NCBI GenBank assembly: GCA_030596605.1
Contig: JAUVJI010000003.1
Span: forward strand, 3,346 to 67,345
Length of the DNA stretch: 64,000 nucleotides
DNA from: Bacteroidales bacterium
GTDB taxonomy: Bacteria; Bacteroidota; Bacteroidia; Bacteroidales; JAADJA01
Direction: 5' to 3'
The position numbers and the translations under genes are program-made. Of the stretch, positions 40,846-50,590 are shown piece after piece (within the stretch, counting starts at the first letter, position 1; each line of letters begins with the position of its first letter). The notes beneath the pieces are model-generated. The model did no database searches and was not told the origin of the DNA. It was given only the letters and a program-made list of their open reading frames with translations.

Positions 40846-43800
40846 TTATTTACTAATGACCAATTTTCCACTCTTATTAAAACCAGATATATTTAAAGTA
40901 TAGAAATAAACACCGGATTTAATCTTCCTGGTATCCCAGATTTTCTGCCCTTGTTTACCGGTAATGGTAAATGCAGCAACTAACTTACCTGATACATCAC
41001 TGATCTTGATCACAGCCTCTGAACCACTATTAGGTAAAATATAGTTAAATGCTGCCCAATCTTTTGCAGGGTTTGGTTCAACAGCAATTTCTATATTATA
41101 CATTTTTTCAAAAGCATTTGGATTGAAACTACTACTGCTCTTATAACCTGAAGTATCAGCATTAATACAATCACAATAATGGTATCCATAAGCAAATTCA
41201 AGTATCCCTTTTGCCTGTGTTCCTGCTGTTCCATTGCTGTTTTCAGCAATTAATACAAGGTTATTTACCTCTATGCTGTTAAGGTCAAAAATAGTCCTTC
41301 CTTCATTTGCAAGGGTAATTTGCAAATTCAGCATTTCGGTATAATAGTTATGTTCAGTTATCTCATCATCTTTATAAGCGTACAGAGTGGGCATCATATT
41401 AACCAAAGACATAGCATTCAAAGTGTTTCCTTCCTGCATATAGGATGCTATTATTTGCTCGTCTGTACGTTTACCGCCTATATTGTCCAACCAGTTTCGC
41501 AATTCAACATAATCAGTAATTGTATCATTTAATATACTCCTTATTATGTCGTGTGCCGCCCTGGTTTTTAATTGATTGTAATGAGCCATTTGCCGGTGTA
41601 ATACTGTTTTGTAAGTAGTACCTGTTGAAACCTGCCTCAATATATCAATCATATACCCAGGTAATGGGTTCTCCTTATCTTCAAGGTATTTTATCAACTC
41701 TTCTTTTTTCAACTCATCGGGGTTGGCCGCCATTATCTCAAAGATTATGCTTTCGGGCAGTACTTCGGTTTTATCGGCTGCCGCTTTTAAAACATCCATC
41801 GAAAGGTGTGGTGACTTTCCAAGTAGTTCTGCACGCAGTTCCCAAGTGTCATCAGGCCATGCAGTTTCTACTTCTGCAATAGTTGCTTCGGTGTTACCAC
41901 CGTCTTTCAGGTTATCGTATAAAGCTTTTACATTATTATAGCCTGTAAGATTTGTAACAAACTCCTGTTCGGCTTGCTGCTTTTCTTCAGGCGAAAGCAC
42001 CATTCCTCTGCCGGAGCCTCCGCTTCCGCCACCTCCGTAATGCGACGTACATTCGTTTTGTATGCCTACAACTTCTTCACGGGTTATCCGGTTAACTTCA
42101 TCAGGATAATACACCGTATTTGTGTTTCCCTGGGTAGGGGCATAATAGTAATAACCTATCCAGTCATTGTAATCCCAGTTGTTAAAATTATAATTGGCAT
42201 TTGCCGAAAAAGTATTGCCTGCGGGCATTTCAACAGAACCTATGGGATCCTGTATGCCATCATCCTGATTAGGGACATCTTCAACCGTAAAATCTTCCCA
42301 ATTTCCTGTATTCTCGTTGCAGTAATAGGCGAGGCCTTCCCAGGTGTGATTCCAATACCAATTCTTCCCCACCGCATAATTACCATAGCTCAAACCATCA
42401 AAGTAGTTTTTATACACTTCGTCGGTGGCCTGGGTTTCGGCAATGTGGATGCCAATATAATTCCCTAATGGTGCTCCTGTTGCTTTGTAAAATTTATTCT
42501 CCTCAATAGCAAAACCGGTGCAGTACTCCAGGTGTATTCCATACGAACCTTCCTCCTTACCTTCCCCTTCGCATTGTCCCGGCTCGTCAGCGTTTTCGCC
42601 TATATAAAAATCGCTGAACAGTATAGTGGCATTGTTAACCAATTTCAGTTTTACACCATAAGTATTATCGTAAAATTCGGCATTGTCAACTGTTATAGTG
42701 TAGGTTCCTGCCGAGTTTAAGTTTATGGCTTTCGTAAAATTGGTAAATTTGTTTAGGTCTAAATATTCCTCAGGACAGGGGGATTGGTGCGACCGGCATA
42801 TGGCTTCTACTTTAAAACCGGAGCCCCAGGCATTAATTCCATGTCCTGCAGGGGTTTCTGACTTATTATTAATGAAAGTACAACCCTCAATATTTACACC
42901 ATTTACACCAAGCATATAAATGTTGGAATACCACCAGCCACCTGCTATGTAATCTCCATTCATTTCAAAATGGCAGTTTTTTAAGTAACTCACATTGGGG
43001 GCATAGTTTATTCTTAAAGTGCATGTTAATGGATCTTCAGTTAGATCAGGATAAAAATTCCGGTAAGTCCAGAATACAACAGATTTCCTGTTATTCGTAA
43101 AATATGCGCTTGGGTTATACCTGTCACCATTATCAGGAACCTCTATAATACCACCTGTCTGATTATAACTTTCACCGTTTCTGGCAGCTAGAAGCACTCC
43201 TATCTCTGCATTCTCAATAGTACCGCTATTCAGGATTCTTATTTTCCCCTGTTGCTGTTGCCCATCACATTTAAACTGGCTGTAATTTTTATCTCCCCAA
43301 ACCTCAACACCCGGCCACAGCACATTATCATAGCCACAGCATTTCAGGTTGGTAAGCAGTCCGCCATCAATTTCCAATTCGGCACCCGGCTCAATAATCA
43401 GCACAGCTTCAGGCCCGAATTGTATTTCGGAAGTAATGATAAGTTTTGCCCCGCTGTTCACAATAACAGGGTTGATAAAACTTTTCGGCTCGCTCCATGT
43501 TGTAATGCTCACAATCTCCTCGTCAAACTCAATATACTCCCATGCCATACAAACGGCTTTGTATGTATTCAGCCTTCCATAGCCTACATATTGATTAAAA
43601 CCAAAATAATCATATACATAGGGATCATTGGGATCGTTTTCGTGTACTTTATCAGCTGATTCATGCAATATATCCCTGATTTCTTCATTTGTAAGATCAG
43701 GATTAACCGAAAGCATCAGCCCTATTGTAGCCGACACCATGGCAGAGGCTGCCGATGTCAAGCCCTCTGGTATCATTTCATAAGTGGCCGAATTATAAGG

Positions 43801-45075
43801 AGGTTCGGGATAATCGGGAATAATTCCAAGAATATTCTCCCCCGGAGCAGCAATATCCAGACCGCTTCCATAATTTGATTTAAACATCTTATAGTCATCC
43901 ATATCTGTTGTTCCAACAGCAAAAACATTGTCCCATCTGGCAGGATAACTTACAATATCATTTCCGCCTTCTTCTTTATTACCTGCTGCGGCAACAAAGA
44001 AAATGTCATTGAAAATATAGGCCTCATCAATCATTAATTTCAGATCAGTTGAATTGAATGTTTCAAAAGCCATTTGAATAACACTCACCTCTTTTGTATA
44101 ACCGTCATGTAATATACAATATTGAATTGCACGTTCAAGACTTTCGGTTGTTATACCGAAATTTTCAAAAACACTCGCTCCGGTGTATAGCAATGATACC
44201 CCTTTGTTTCCCCATCCGCCGGCAATACCGGCAATGTCGGTTCCGTTGTTGGTTTTGGCGCCTATTATTCCTGCTATAAATGTACCGTGTTTCCACAGCT
44301 TATCCGCAAAATCACCATAATAAGGTTCAGGATAATAAGTATAAAGTGCATCACGATCATATTCCCTTGTATCGTTGTTTAATGGTTCTGGACAATTTAC
44401 TACCTTTACTGCAAATCCTTTCCAATCATCAACATAAATATAATCTGGATCTGGATTTGGATCATCATCATCTTTTTCACCGCTACATGGATCAAATTGG
44501 TCTGTCCAATCATTTTCTGCTTCATTTAAATAATTATTTTCATATCCGTCGTTCCCAGGCCCAAGATCACCGTGTTCCCAGTCAAAACCGCTGTCAACGA
44601 TTCCTATTATTACATCTTCGTTCCCGGTTGTGATATTCCATGCTTGTGTAGCTTTTATGGTATCTAAGTACCATTGCTGGTAAAATTCAACATCATTGGG
44701 AGTAATGGGATCGCAGGTTAACTTAACTTCATAATTTAATTCAAGTACCTCGATATTCGGTTCGTTCTCCAGGTTTGTGCACATGGCAATAAAACCAAGC
44801 CCTGATATGTAATTATACGAAATAAACCCGGTAATAAACTCATGTTTTCGAACAAGGCTATGCGTATTTTCGATTGAAGTGATAACACTACTTTCGGTTC
44901 CTTCAACATATTTGATTATAAATGTAGAGGTATCAATCCTGAAAGTGTCGCTTAGATATATTTTAAAATATATCCCGTTATCATAATGGATTTCGTGGTT
45001 GCCGATGTTGTAAACTGCACCGGAAACATGAACAATTAGAACAAATGCTATAAATGAAACTATAAGTTTTTTCAT
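40846..45075 (-). CDS. S8 subtilisin-like peptidase + beta-helix + helical domain + T9SS CTD
   Basis: VDSG (Asp), HGT (His), AAAGN, GLTSAA (Ser); VEPNP...SGVYFY CTD; likely ATG 45075. Confidence 0.9.
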   Translation of the reverse strand: MKKLIVSFIAFVLIVHVSGAVYNIGNHEIHYDNGIYFKIYLSDTFRIDTSTFIIKYVEGTESSVITSIENTHSLVRKHEFITGFISYNYISGLGFIAMCTNLENEPNIEVLELNYEVKLTCDPITPNDVEFYQQWYLDTIKATQAWNITTGNEDVIIGIVDSGFDWEHGDLGPGNDGYENNYLNEAENDWTDQFDPCSGEKDDDDPNPDPDYIYVDDWKGFAVKVVNCPEPLNNDTREYDRDALYTYYPEPYYGDFADKLWKHGTFIAGIIGAKTNNGTDIAGIAGGWGNKGVSLLYTGASVFENFGITTESLERAIQYCILHDGYTKEVSVIQMAFETFNSTDLKLMIDEAYIFNDIFFVAAAGNKEEGGNDIVSYPARWDNVFAVGTTDMDDYKMFKSNYGSGLDIAAPGENILGIIPDYPEPPYNSATYEMIPEGLTSAASAMVSATIGLMLSVNPDLTNEEIRDILHESADKVHENDPNDPYVYDYFGFNQYVGYGRLNTYKAVCMAWEYIEFDEEIVSITTWSEPKSFINPVIVNSGAKLIITSEIQFGPEAVLIIEPGAELEIDGGLLTNLKCCGYDNVLWPGVEVWGDKNYSQFKCDGQQQQGKIRILNSGTIENAEIGVLLAARNGESYNQTGGIIEVPDNGDRYNPSAYFTNNRKSVVFWTYRNFYPDLTEDPLTCTLRINYAPNVSYLKNCHFEMNGDYIAGGWWYSNIYMLGVNGVNIEGCTFINNKSETPAGHGINAWGSGFKVEAICRSHQSPCPEEYLDLNKFTNFTKAINLNSAGTYTITVDNAEFYDNTYGVKLKLVNNATILFSDFYIGENADEPGQCEGEGKEEGSYGIHLEYCTGFAIEENKFYKATGAPLGNYIGIHIAETQATDEVYKNYFDGLSYGNYAVGKNWYWNHTWEGLAYYCNENTGNWEDFTVEDVPNQDDGIQDPIGSVEMPAGNTFSANANYNFNNWDYNDWIGYYYYAPTQGNTNTVYYPDEVNRITREEVVGIQNECTSHYGGGGSGGSGRGMVLSPEEKQQAEQEFVTNLTGYNNVKALYDNLKDGGNTEATIAEVETAWPDDTWELRAELLGKSPHLSMDVLKAAADKTEVLPESIIFEIMAANPDELKKEELIKYLEDKENPLPGYMIDILRQVSTGTTYKTVLHRQMAHYNQLKTRAAHDIIRSILNDTITDYVELRNWLDNIGGKRTDEQIIASYMQEGNTLNAMSLVNMMPTLYAYKDDEITEHNYYTEMLNLQITLANEGRTIFDLNSIEVNNLVLIAENSNGTAGTQAKGILEFAYGYHYCDCINADTSGYKSSSSFNPNAFEKMYNIEIAVEPNPAKDWAAFNYILPNSGSEAVIKISDVSGKLVAAFTITGKQGQKIWDTRKIKSGVYFYTLNISGFNKSGKLVISK

Positions 45076-45189
45076 ATTCAAGAATTTTTAAAGTTAAACA
45101 ATTTTTTTTTATTTTCATGGCAGGATTTCAGGAATCCACTCTAAGGTGGTAATGAAGAATTAATATAAGGTTATTTATCGTATAATTTT

Positions 45190-45261
45190 TTATATCTTTG
45201 CTGGCACACCTCCTTTCTTGTTAAATTTTATTTCAGGTCGAAATGAATTAATATCTTTCAT
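45190..45261 (-). other. Candidate 23-aa upstream ORF MKDINSFRPEIKFNKKGGVPAKI in a structured leader
   Basis: ATG 45261 to TAA 45190; contains AAAGGAGGTG, complementary to ACCTCC just upstream of its start. Confidence 0.35.
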
Positions 45262-45612
45262 GAGGGGAGGTTTTTTTATTATCAATATAATAACACCACT
45301 TCCAATCATAAAATTCTTTGTTTGAGTTTGAGCTAATCTGTCTTCTGCTTATACTGTTTGGGCTAACTCAAATAATTAATGAAAATAAAAGTAAGAAAAT
45401 TAAGGTCGTTTGTCAAGTTAATTTTTAAAAAAGTCAGAAAACGTTTTTTTTTTTTTGATTGTAAATATTTGATATAATTGATTTTAGTGTGCTATTTGGA
45501 TTGATAATAAATTAAAACAGGTTCATTAAATATGTAGATATCCAAATGCTATTATTAACCAATTATTCATCATAAAATCTTACTTTTGCAAATTCTTAAA
45601 TACTGATCATCA

Positions 45613-48081
45613 ATGAAAATCTCTTACAATTGGCTTAAACAATATCTTGATTTTGACTTGTCACCTGAGGAGCTATCGGAATTGCTTACAGATTGCGGAT
45701 TGGAAGTGGAAGGACTGGATAAATGGCAATCAATAAAAGGGGGACTACAGGGGGTTGTAATTGGTGAAGTGAAAACCTGTGAAAAACATCCTGATGCAGA
45801 TAAATTAAGTGTAACAACTGTTGATATTGGAGGTGATCACCTATTGCCTATTGTGTGCGGGGCGCCCAATGTGGCTGCCGGACAAAAAGTCGTGGTTGCT
45901 ACCATTGGGACTAAATTATACACCGGTGATGAAGTATTTGAGATTAAAAAAGCAAAGTTAAGAGGTGAACCTTCGGAAGGAATGATCTGTGCTGAGGATG
46001 AACTGGGACTGGGAACTTCACATGAAGGAATTATGGTTCTAAAGCCTAAAGTTAAAACAGGAACACCGGCAAAAGACTATTTTAAAATTGAAGATGATTT
46101 CGTTTTTGAAATCGGCCTTACCCCAAATCGTACAGATGCCATGTCGCACATTGGTGTTGCCAGGGACATAAAGGCTGTTTTGGATAACCGGGATTTCGTC
46201 CAAAATAAAAAAGCAAAACGAGATCTTAGTTTACCTGAAGTTGACAAATTCAGAACTGAAAATACGAAACTGGATATTGAGGTAATTGTTGAAGACATTG
46301 ATGCATGTCCACGCTATACAGGTGTTACCATTCAAGGACTTGAGGTTAAGGAATCACCTGAATGGTTGAAGAACAGGTTAAATGCGATTGACCTTCGGCC
46401 TATTAATAATATTGTCGATATAACGAATTATGTTCTTCACGAAACCGGGCAACCATTGCATGCATTTGATGCGGACGAGATTACAGGAGAAAAAGTGATC
46501 GTGAAAAAGCTACCAAAAGGTTCAAAATTTTTCACCCTGGATGAAGAGGAAAGAGAACTTACCGGCGAAGACTTAATGATTTGCAACACAAAAGATGGGA
46601 TGTGTATTGGGGGTGTTTTTGGTGGCATTAAGTCAGGAGTCACGGAAAAAACAAAAAACATTTTCCTGGAGAGCGCTTATTTCGATCCTGTTCATATTCG
46701 AAAATCATCTAAGCATCATGATCTTCAAACGGATGCCTCATTTCGGTTTGAACGTGGCGTTGATCCGGATATGACTTTATTTGCACTTAAAAGAGCCACT
46801 ATGCTTATAAAGGAAATTGCAGGGGGGGCGATTTCTTCAGAGATCAAAGATGTTTATCCAAATCCAATGGATAAAGTGGAAGTTACAGTTTCATGGAAAA
46901 ACATAGACCGCCTGATTGGAAAAACAATCGGGCAGGATGTTATTAAAAATATCCTCAACTCTTTGGAATTTGAAATTTTAAGAGAGGATAATAATGGGAT
47001 GAAACTCAAGGTTCCATTTTACAGGACTGATGTAATCAGGGAGGCTGACGTTATTGAAGAAATTCTCAGGGTTTATGGGTATAACAACGTTGAAATCCCC
47101 TCTAAGCAAAATTCATCCATTGCACACTCTATCAAGCCTGACCGGGAAAAGCTATTAGAAATCATTATGAATTACCTCAGTAGCAATGGTTTTTCCGAAA
47201 TAATGAATAATTCACTGACAAAATCGGCTTACTACGAAAACAACAAAGGTTTTGAAAAAGATAATTGCGTCAATATCCTTAATCCGTTAAGCCGTGATTT
47301 GAATGTTATGCGTCAGACGCTTCTTTTTGGGGTCCTTGAAACCATTGTCTATAACATTAACAGAAAAAATTACGATCAGAAGTTTTTTGAGTATGGTAAT
47401 ACTTACACTTTAGCTGATAAGTCATCAGACGATGTAACCAAAAAGTATCATGAGGTTAACAGGCTTGCAATGTTTGTTACCGGACGAAAGGAAAAAGAAT
47501 CATGGTTTACTGAAGACAAACAAGTTGATATTAACTATTTGAAAGCTTTATCTTTTAACCTGCTCCAAAGGTTAGGTATTGACATTGACAAGCTTAATAC
47601 AAACAATACAAGCAAGCAGTATTTCATTGAAGGAATACAGTTTCTTCATGGGAAAAACAGTTTATTAGAAATAGGTGAAATATCAAGTCAGCTATTGAAG
47701 GAGTTTGATATTGATCAAAAAGTATATTTCACGGAATATAATTGGGATGCTCTAATAGAAATGACAAATAGCGACAATATCCGTTATAAGGCTATTCCGA
47801 AATTCCCTGAAGTACGAAGGGATCTGGCGCTACTCATTGGCACAGCAGTAACCTTTGCTGAAATAGAAAAACTGGCTTTTCAAACGGAAAATAAGCTATT
47901 AAAAAAGGTTAACCTTTTCGATGTTTATGAAGGAAAAAATATCGAAGCCGGTAAAAAATCATATGCTGTAAGCTTTATATTGCAGGATGAAGAAAAAACC
48001 CTGAATGATAAGGTCATCGATAAAATAATGAACAAGTTGATGAACACTTATCAGAAAGAGATAAATGCGATTATTAGATAA
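45613..48081 (+). CDS. pheT: Phenylalanine--tRNA ligase beta subunit
   Basis: MKISYNWL, CGAPNV, LTPNR, RFERG and FDVYEG motifs; TACTTTTG promoter near 45581. Confidence 0.97.
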   Translation: MKISYNWLKQYLDFDLSPEELSELLTDCGLEVEGLDKWQSIKGGLQGVVIGEVKTCEKHPDADKLSVTTVDIGGDHLLPIVCGAPNVAAGQKVVVATIGTKLYTGDEVFEIKKAKLRGEPSEGMICAEDELGLGTSHEGIMVLKPKVKTGTPAKDYFKIEDDFVFEIGLTPNRTDAMSHIGVARDIKAVLDNRDFVQNKKAKRDLSLPEVDKFRTENTKLDIEVIVEDIDACPRYTGVTIQGLEVKESPEWLKNRLNAIDLRPINNIVDITNYVLHETGQPLHAFDADEITGEKVIVKKLPKGSKFFTLDEEERELTGEDLMICNTKDGMCIGGVFGGIKSGVTEKTKNIFLESAYFDPVHIRKSSKHHDLQTDASFRFERGVDPDMTLFALKRATMLIKEIAGGAISSEIKDVYPNPMDKVEVTVSWKNIDRLIGKTIGQDVIKNILNSLEFEILREDNNGMKLKVPFYRTDVIREADVIEEILRVYGYNNVEIPSKQNSSIAHSIKPDREKLLEIIMNYLSSNGFSEIMNNSLTKSAYYENNKGFEKDNCVNILNPLSRDLNVMRQTLLFGVLETIVYNINRKNYDQKFFEYGNTYTLADKSSDDVTKKYHEVNRLAMFVTGRKEKESWFTEDKQVDINYLKALSFNLLQRLGIDIDKLNTNNTSKQYFIEGIQFLHGKNSLLEIGEISSQLLKEFDIDQKVYFTEYNWDALIEMTNSDNIRYKAIPKFPEVRRDLALLIGTAVTFAEIEKLAFQTENKLLKKVNLFDVYEGKNIEAGKKSYAVSFILQDEEKTLNDKVIDKIMNKLMNTYQKEINAIIR

Positions 48082-48098
48082 TTCGAATTTTTTATCAA

Positions 48099-48842
48099 GT
48101 GAAAACCGGTAATCTGATAAATATCATTAAAAAAATAGTACTGATTTTAAGAAAACTTTTAAAGTACTTCATTTTTATAGTAGGAATCATAGCTATTATC
48201 GTATTTATTTTGAGTTTTACAAGCCTGCCTTTTTGGGGTTATTACTGGTTGGGAACTTCTGCCCTGACTGATGAGCATTCACCAGAACATATTATTGTTA
48301 TGGGCGGTAGTGCAATGCCAGGGAAATCAGGACTTATGCGAACATTCTACGCTGCCGAAATTGCTGAAAAATATCCAGAGGTCAATATCATCATAGCATT
48401 GCCCGGAGATATAAAGGATGATAAAAGCTCTCTGAACCTGATGAAAAAGGAATTGGTAATACGTGACATTCCTTCTCATAGAATAGCTTTTGAAAATATA
48501 GGAAAAAACACGAGGTTTCAGGTTTTGGAAATCAAAAAAATAATTCCGGATAATCAGGCACATATTATCATTGTAACATCTCCGGAACATATGCGTAGAG
48601 CAATTTTAGCTTTTAAAAAGGTGGGATATCAAAATGTTGGCGGATTACCTGCATTTGAAGATGTTCATGATTTTGACCTTGTTTTTGAAGATAAAGACCT
48701 GGGAGGGAAAAATAAATTTTTACCGGAAATTGGAGATAACATTAAGATCAGGTACCAGTTCTGGAAGCACCTTGAATATGAAATAATTTTTACCAGAGAA
48801 ATAATTGCCCTTGGTTATTATAGATTGAAGGGCTGGATATAA
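48099..48842 (+). CDS. YdcF/DUF218 (ElyC/SanA-like) membrane-anchored protein
   Basis: N-terminal TM; IIVMGG, ENIGKNT and VTSPEHMRRA motifs. Confidence 0.85.
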   Translation: MKTGNLINIIKKIVLILRKLLKYFIFIVGIIAIIVFILSFTSLPFWGYYWLGTSALTDEHSPEHIIVMGGSAMPGKSGLMRTFYAAEIAEKYPEVNIIIALPGDIKDDKSSLNLMKKELVIRDIPSHRIAFENIGKNTRFQVLEIKKIIPDNQAHIIIVTSPEHMRRAILAFKKVGYQNVGGLPAFEDVHDFDLVFEDKDLGGKNKFLPEIGDNIKIRYQFWKHLEYEIIFTREIIALGYYRLKGWI

Positions 48843-48876
48843 ACCAAATAATTAGAACATATAAAATTTATAGATT

Positions 48877-50523
48877 ATGGAAAGTAAAGACAGACAGTTT
48901 GCTGTAACTCCTCAGGGAGAATCATTTCCACTCCCTTTTAAAGAAGAATACGATGGAGAATATCTCAGGATGGAGAAACTGGCAAAAGAAGCCAGGGCAG
49001 AGGGTAAAGAGATAGTCGTTGTTATGGGACTGGGGTTTGTTGGTGTTGTAATGGCTGCAATAGTAGCTGACACAAAAGATGAAAATGGAAATTATTCAAA
49101 ATTCGTTATTGGATATCAACGTCCAAGTGTCAGAAGTTTTTGGAAAATACCGCTGGTAAATCGTGGCGAATCCCCGGTGAAAGCTGAAGATCCTGAAGTT
49201 GATGAACTGATCACAAGAACTACCACAGAAGCGAAAACATTTGTCGCTACTTTCAACAGTGATTGTTTAAAACTGGCTGATGTAGTAGTAGTAGATGTTC
49301 AATGTGATTATGCCAAGCAAGACCTTGGAGATATGCGGACAGGCGAAACCGACATGGCAGCACTGGAAGCATCCATGAGAACAATAGGTGAAACCATTCC
49401 CCCTCACGCATTGGTTTTAATTGAAACCACAGTTGCTCCCGGTACCACTGAATTTGTAGCATGGCCAATTCTGAAAAAAGCATTTGCAAATCGGGGACTG
49501 AAAGAAACACCATTACTTTCACATAGTTTTGAGCGCGTTATGCCGGGTAAGGAATATGTTTCCTCTATCCGTGATTTCTGGCGCGTTTGCTCAGGATGTG
49601 ACAAAGAAGCAAGGGATAAGGTGGAAAAATTTCTGCACGAAGTATTGAATACCAAGGAATTCCCACTGACAGTTATGGACAGGCCAATTGAGTCGGAAAC
49701 AACCAAGATCGTTGAAAACTCATACCGTGCAACTACCCTTGCATTCTTGAACGAATGGAGCCTCTTTTCCGAGCGCAATGGTGTTGACCTGATCAAAGTG
49801 ATGAATGCAATAAAAATGCGCCCGACACACAGCAATATGATTTTCCCGGGACCCGGCATCGGTGGTTATTGTTTGCCAAAAGACGGTGGTTTGGGATATT
49901 GGGCGTATCGTCATATACTGGGATTTGAAGATGGTGATGAAGTATTTAAAATTACCCCAACTGCAATAGATATAAATGACACCAGGGGTTTGCATGTTGC
50001 TGAACTAACACGGGATGCCCTTAGAAATATGGGAAGATACATTGCCGGTTCCGAAGTTCTTATTGCCGGAGCAAGCTATCGGCAGGATGTGGGTGATACA
50101 CGTTACAGCGGAAGCGAATTGGTGGTTCGAAAATTAACTGAAATGGGAGCGGATATGAGAGTTCATGATCCTTATGTTGATCATTGGTATGAATTCGAAA
50201 CACAAGATGAAAGCCCGGAAGAATCCTGGGCGAGATTCTTCCGTAACCAGGATCAGTTAACAGAAACTGTGGTTGAAAAAGACCTGCCAAAAGCGCTTAA
50301 AGGCGTTGAAGCATTGATCCTTGCCGTTCCACATAAGCAATACCTGGAGTTGAAACCTGAAGATATCGTAAAATGGGCCGGTGGACCTATAGCTATTGTT
50401 GATGCATTTGGAATTTTGTCCGATGACAAGATCAGAAAGTATTTTGAATTAGGTTGTGAAGTAAAAGCATTGGGACGCGGACATATTCAGCGGATTAAAA
50501 AGGAGATAAAGAATAATAAATAG
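48877..50523 (+). CDS. UDP-glucose/GDP-mannose dehydrogenase family protein
   Basis: GLGFVG, ETTVAPGTT, KIVENSYR and GIGGYCLPKD motifs. Confidence 0.9.
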   Translation: MESKDRQFAVTPQGESFPLPFKEEYDGEYLRMEKLAKEARAEGKEIVVVMGLGFVGVVMAAIVADTKDENGNYSKFVIGYQRPSVRSFWKIPLVNRGESPVKAEDPEVDELITRTTTEAKTFVATFNSDCLKLADVVVVDVQCDYAKQDLGDMRTGETDMAALEASMRTIGETIPPHALVLIETTVAPGTTEFVAWPILKKAFANRGLKETPLLSHSFERVMPGKEYVSSIRDFWRVCSGCDKEARDKVEKFLHEVLNTKEFPLTVMDRPIESETTKIVENSYRATTLAFLNEWSLFSERNGVDLIKVMNAIKMRPTHSNMIFPGPGIGGYCLPKDGGLGYWAYRHILGFEDGDEVFKITPTAIDINDTRGLHVAELTRDALRNMGRYIAGSEVLIAGASYRQDVGDTRYSGSELVVRKLTEMGADMRVHDPYVDHWYEFETQDESPEESWARFFRNQDQLTETVVEKDLPKALKGVEALILAVPHKQYLELKPEDIVKWAGGPIAIVDAFGILSDDKIRKYFELGCEVKALGRGHIQRIKKEIKNNK

Positions 50524-50530
50524 ATTACTG

Positions 50531-50586
50531 ATATTCGTCCGACCACTGCGCGTAAGGCAAGCGTTCAGGCAGTGGTCAGACGAATA
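50531..50586. repeat. 56-bp palindromic element, copy 1
   Basis: ATATTCGTCCGACCACTGCGCGTAAGGCAAGCGTTCAGGCAGTGGTCAGACGAATA; 17-bp arms with one mismatch. Confidence 0.92.
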
Positions 50587-50590
50587 AGGA

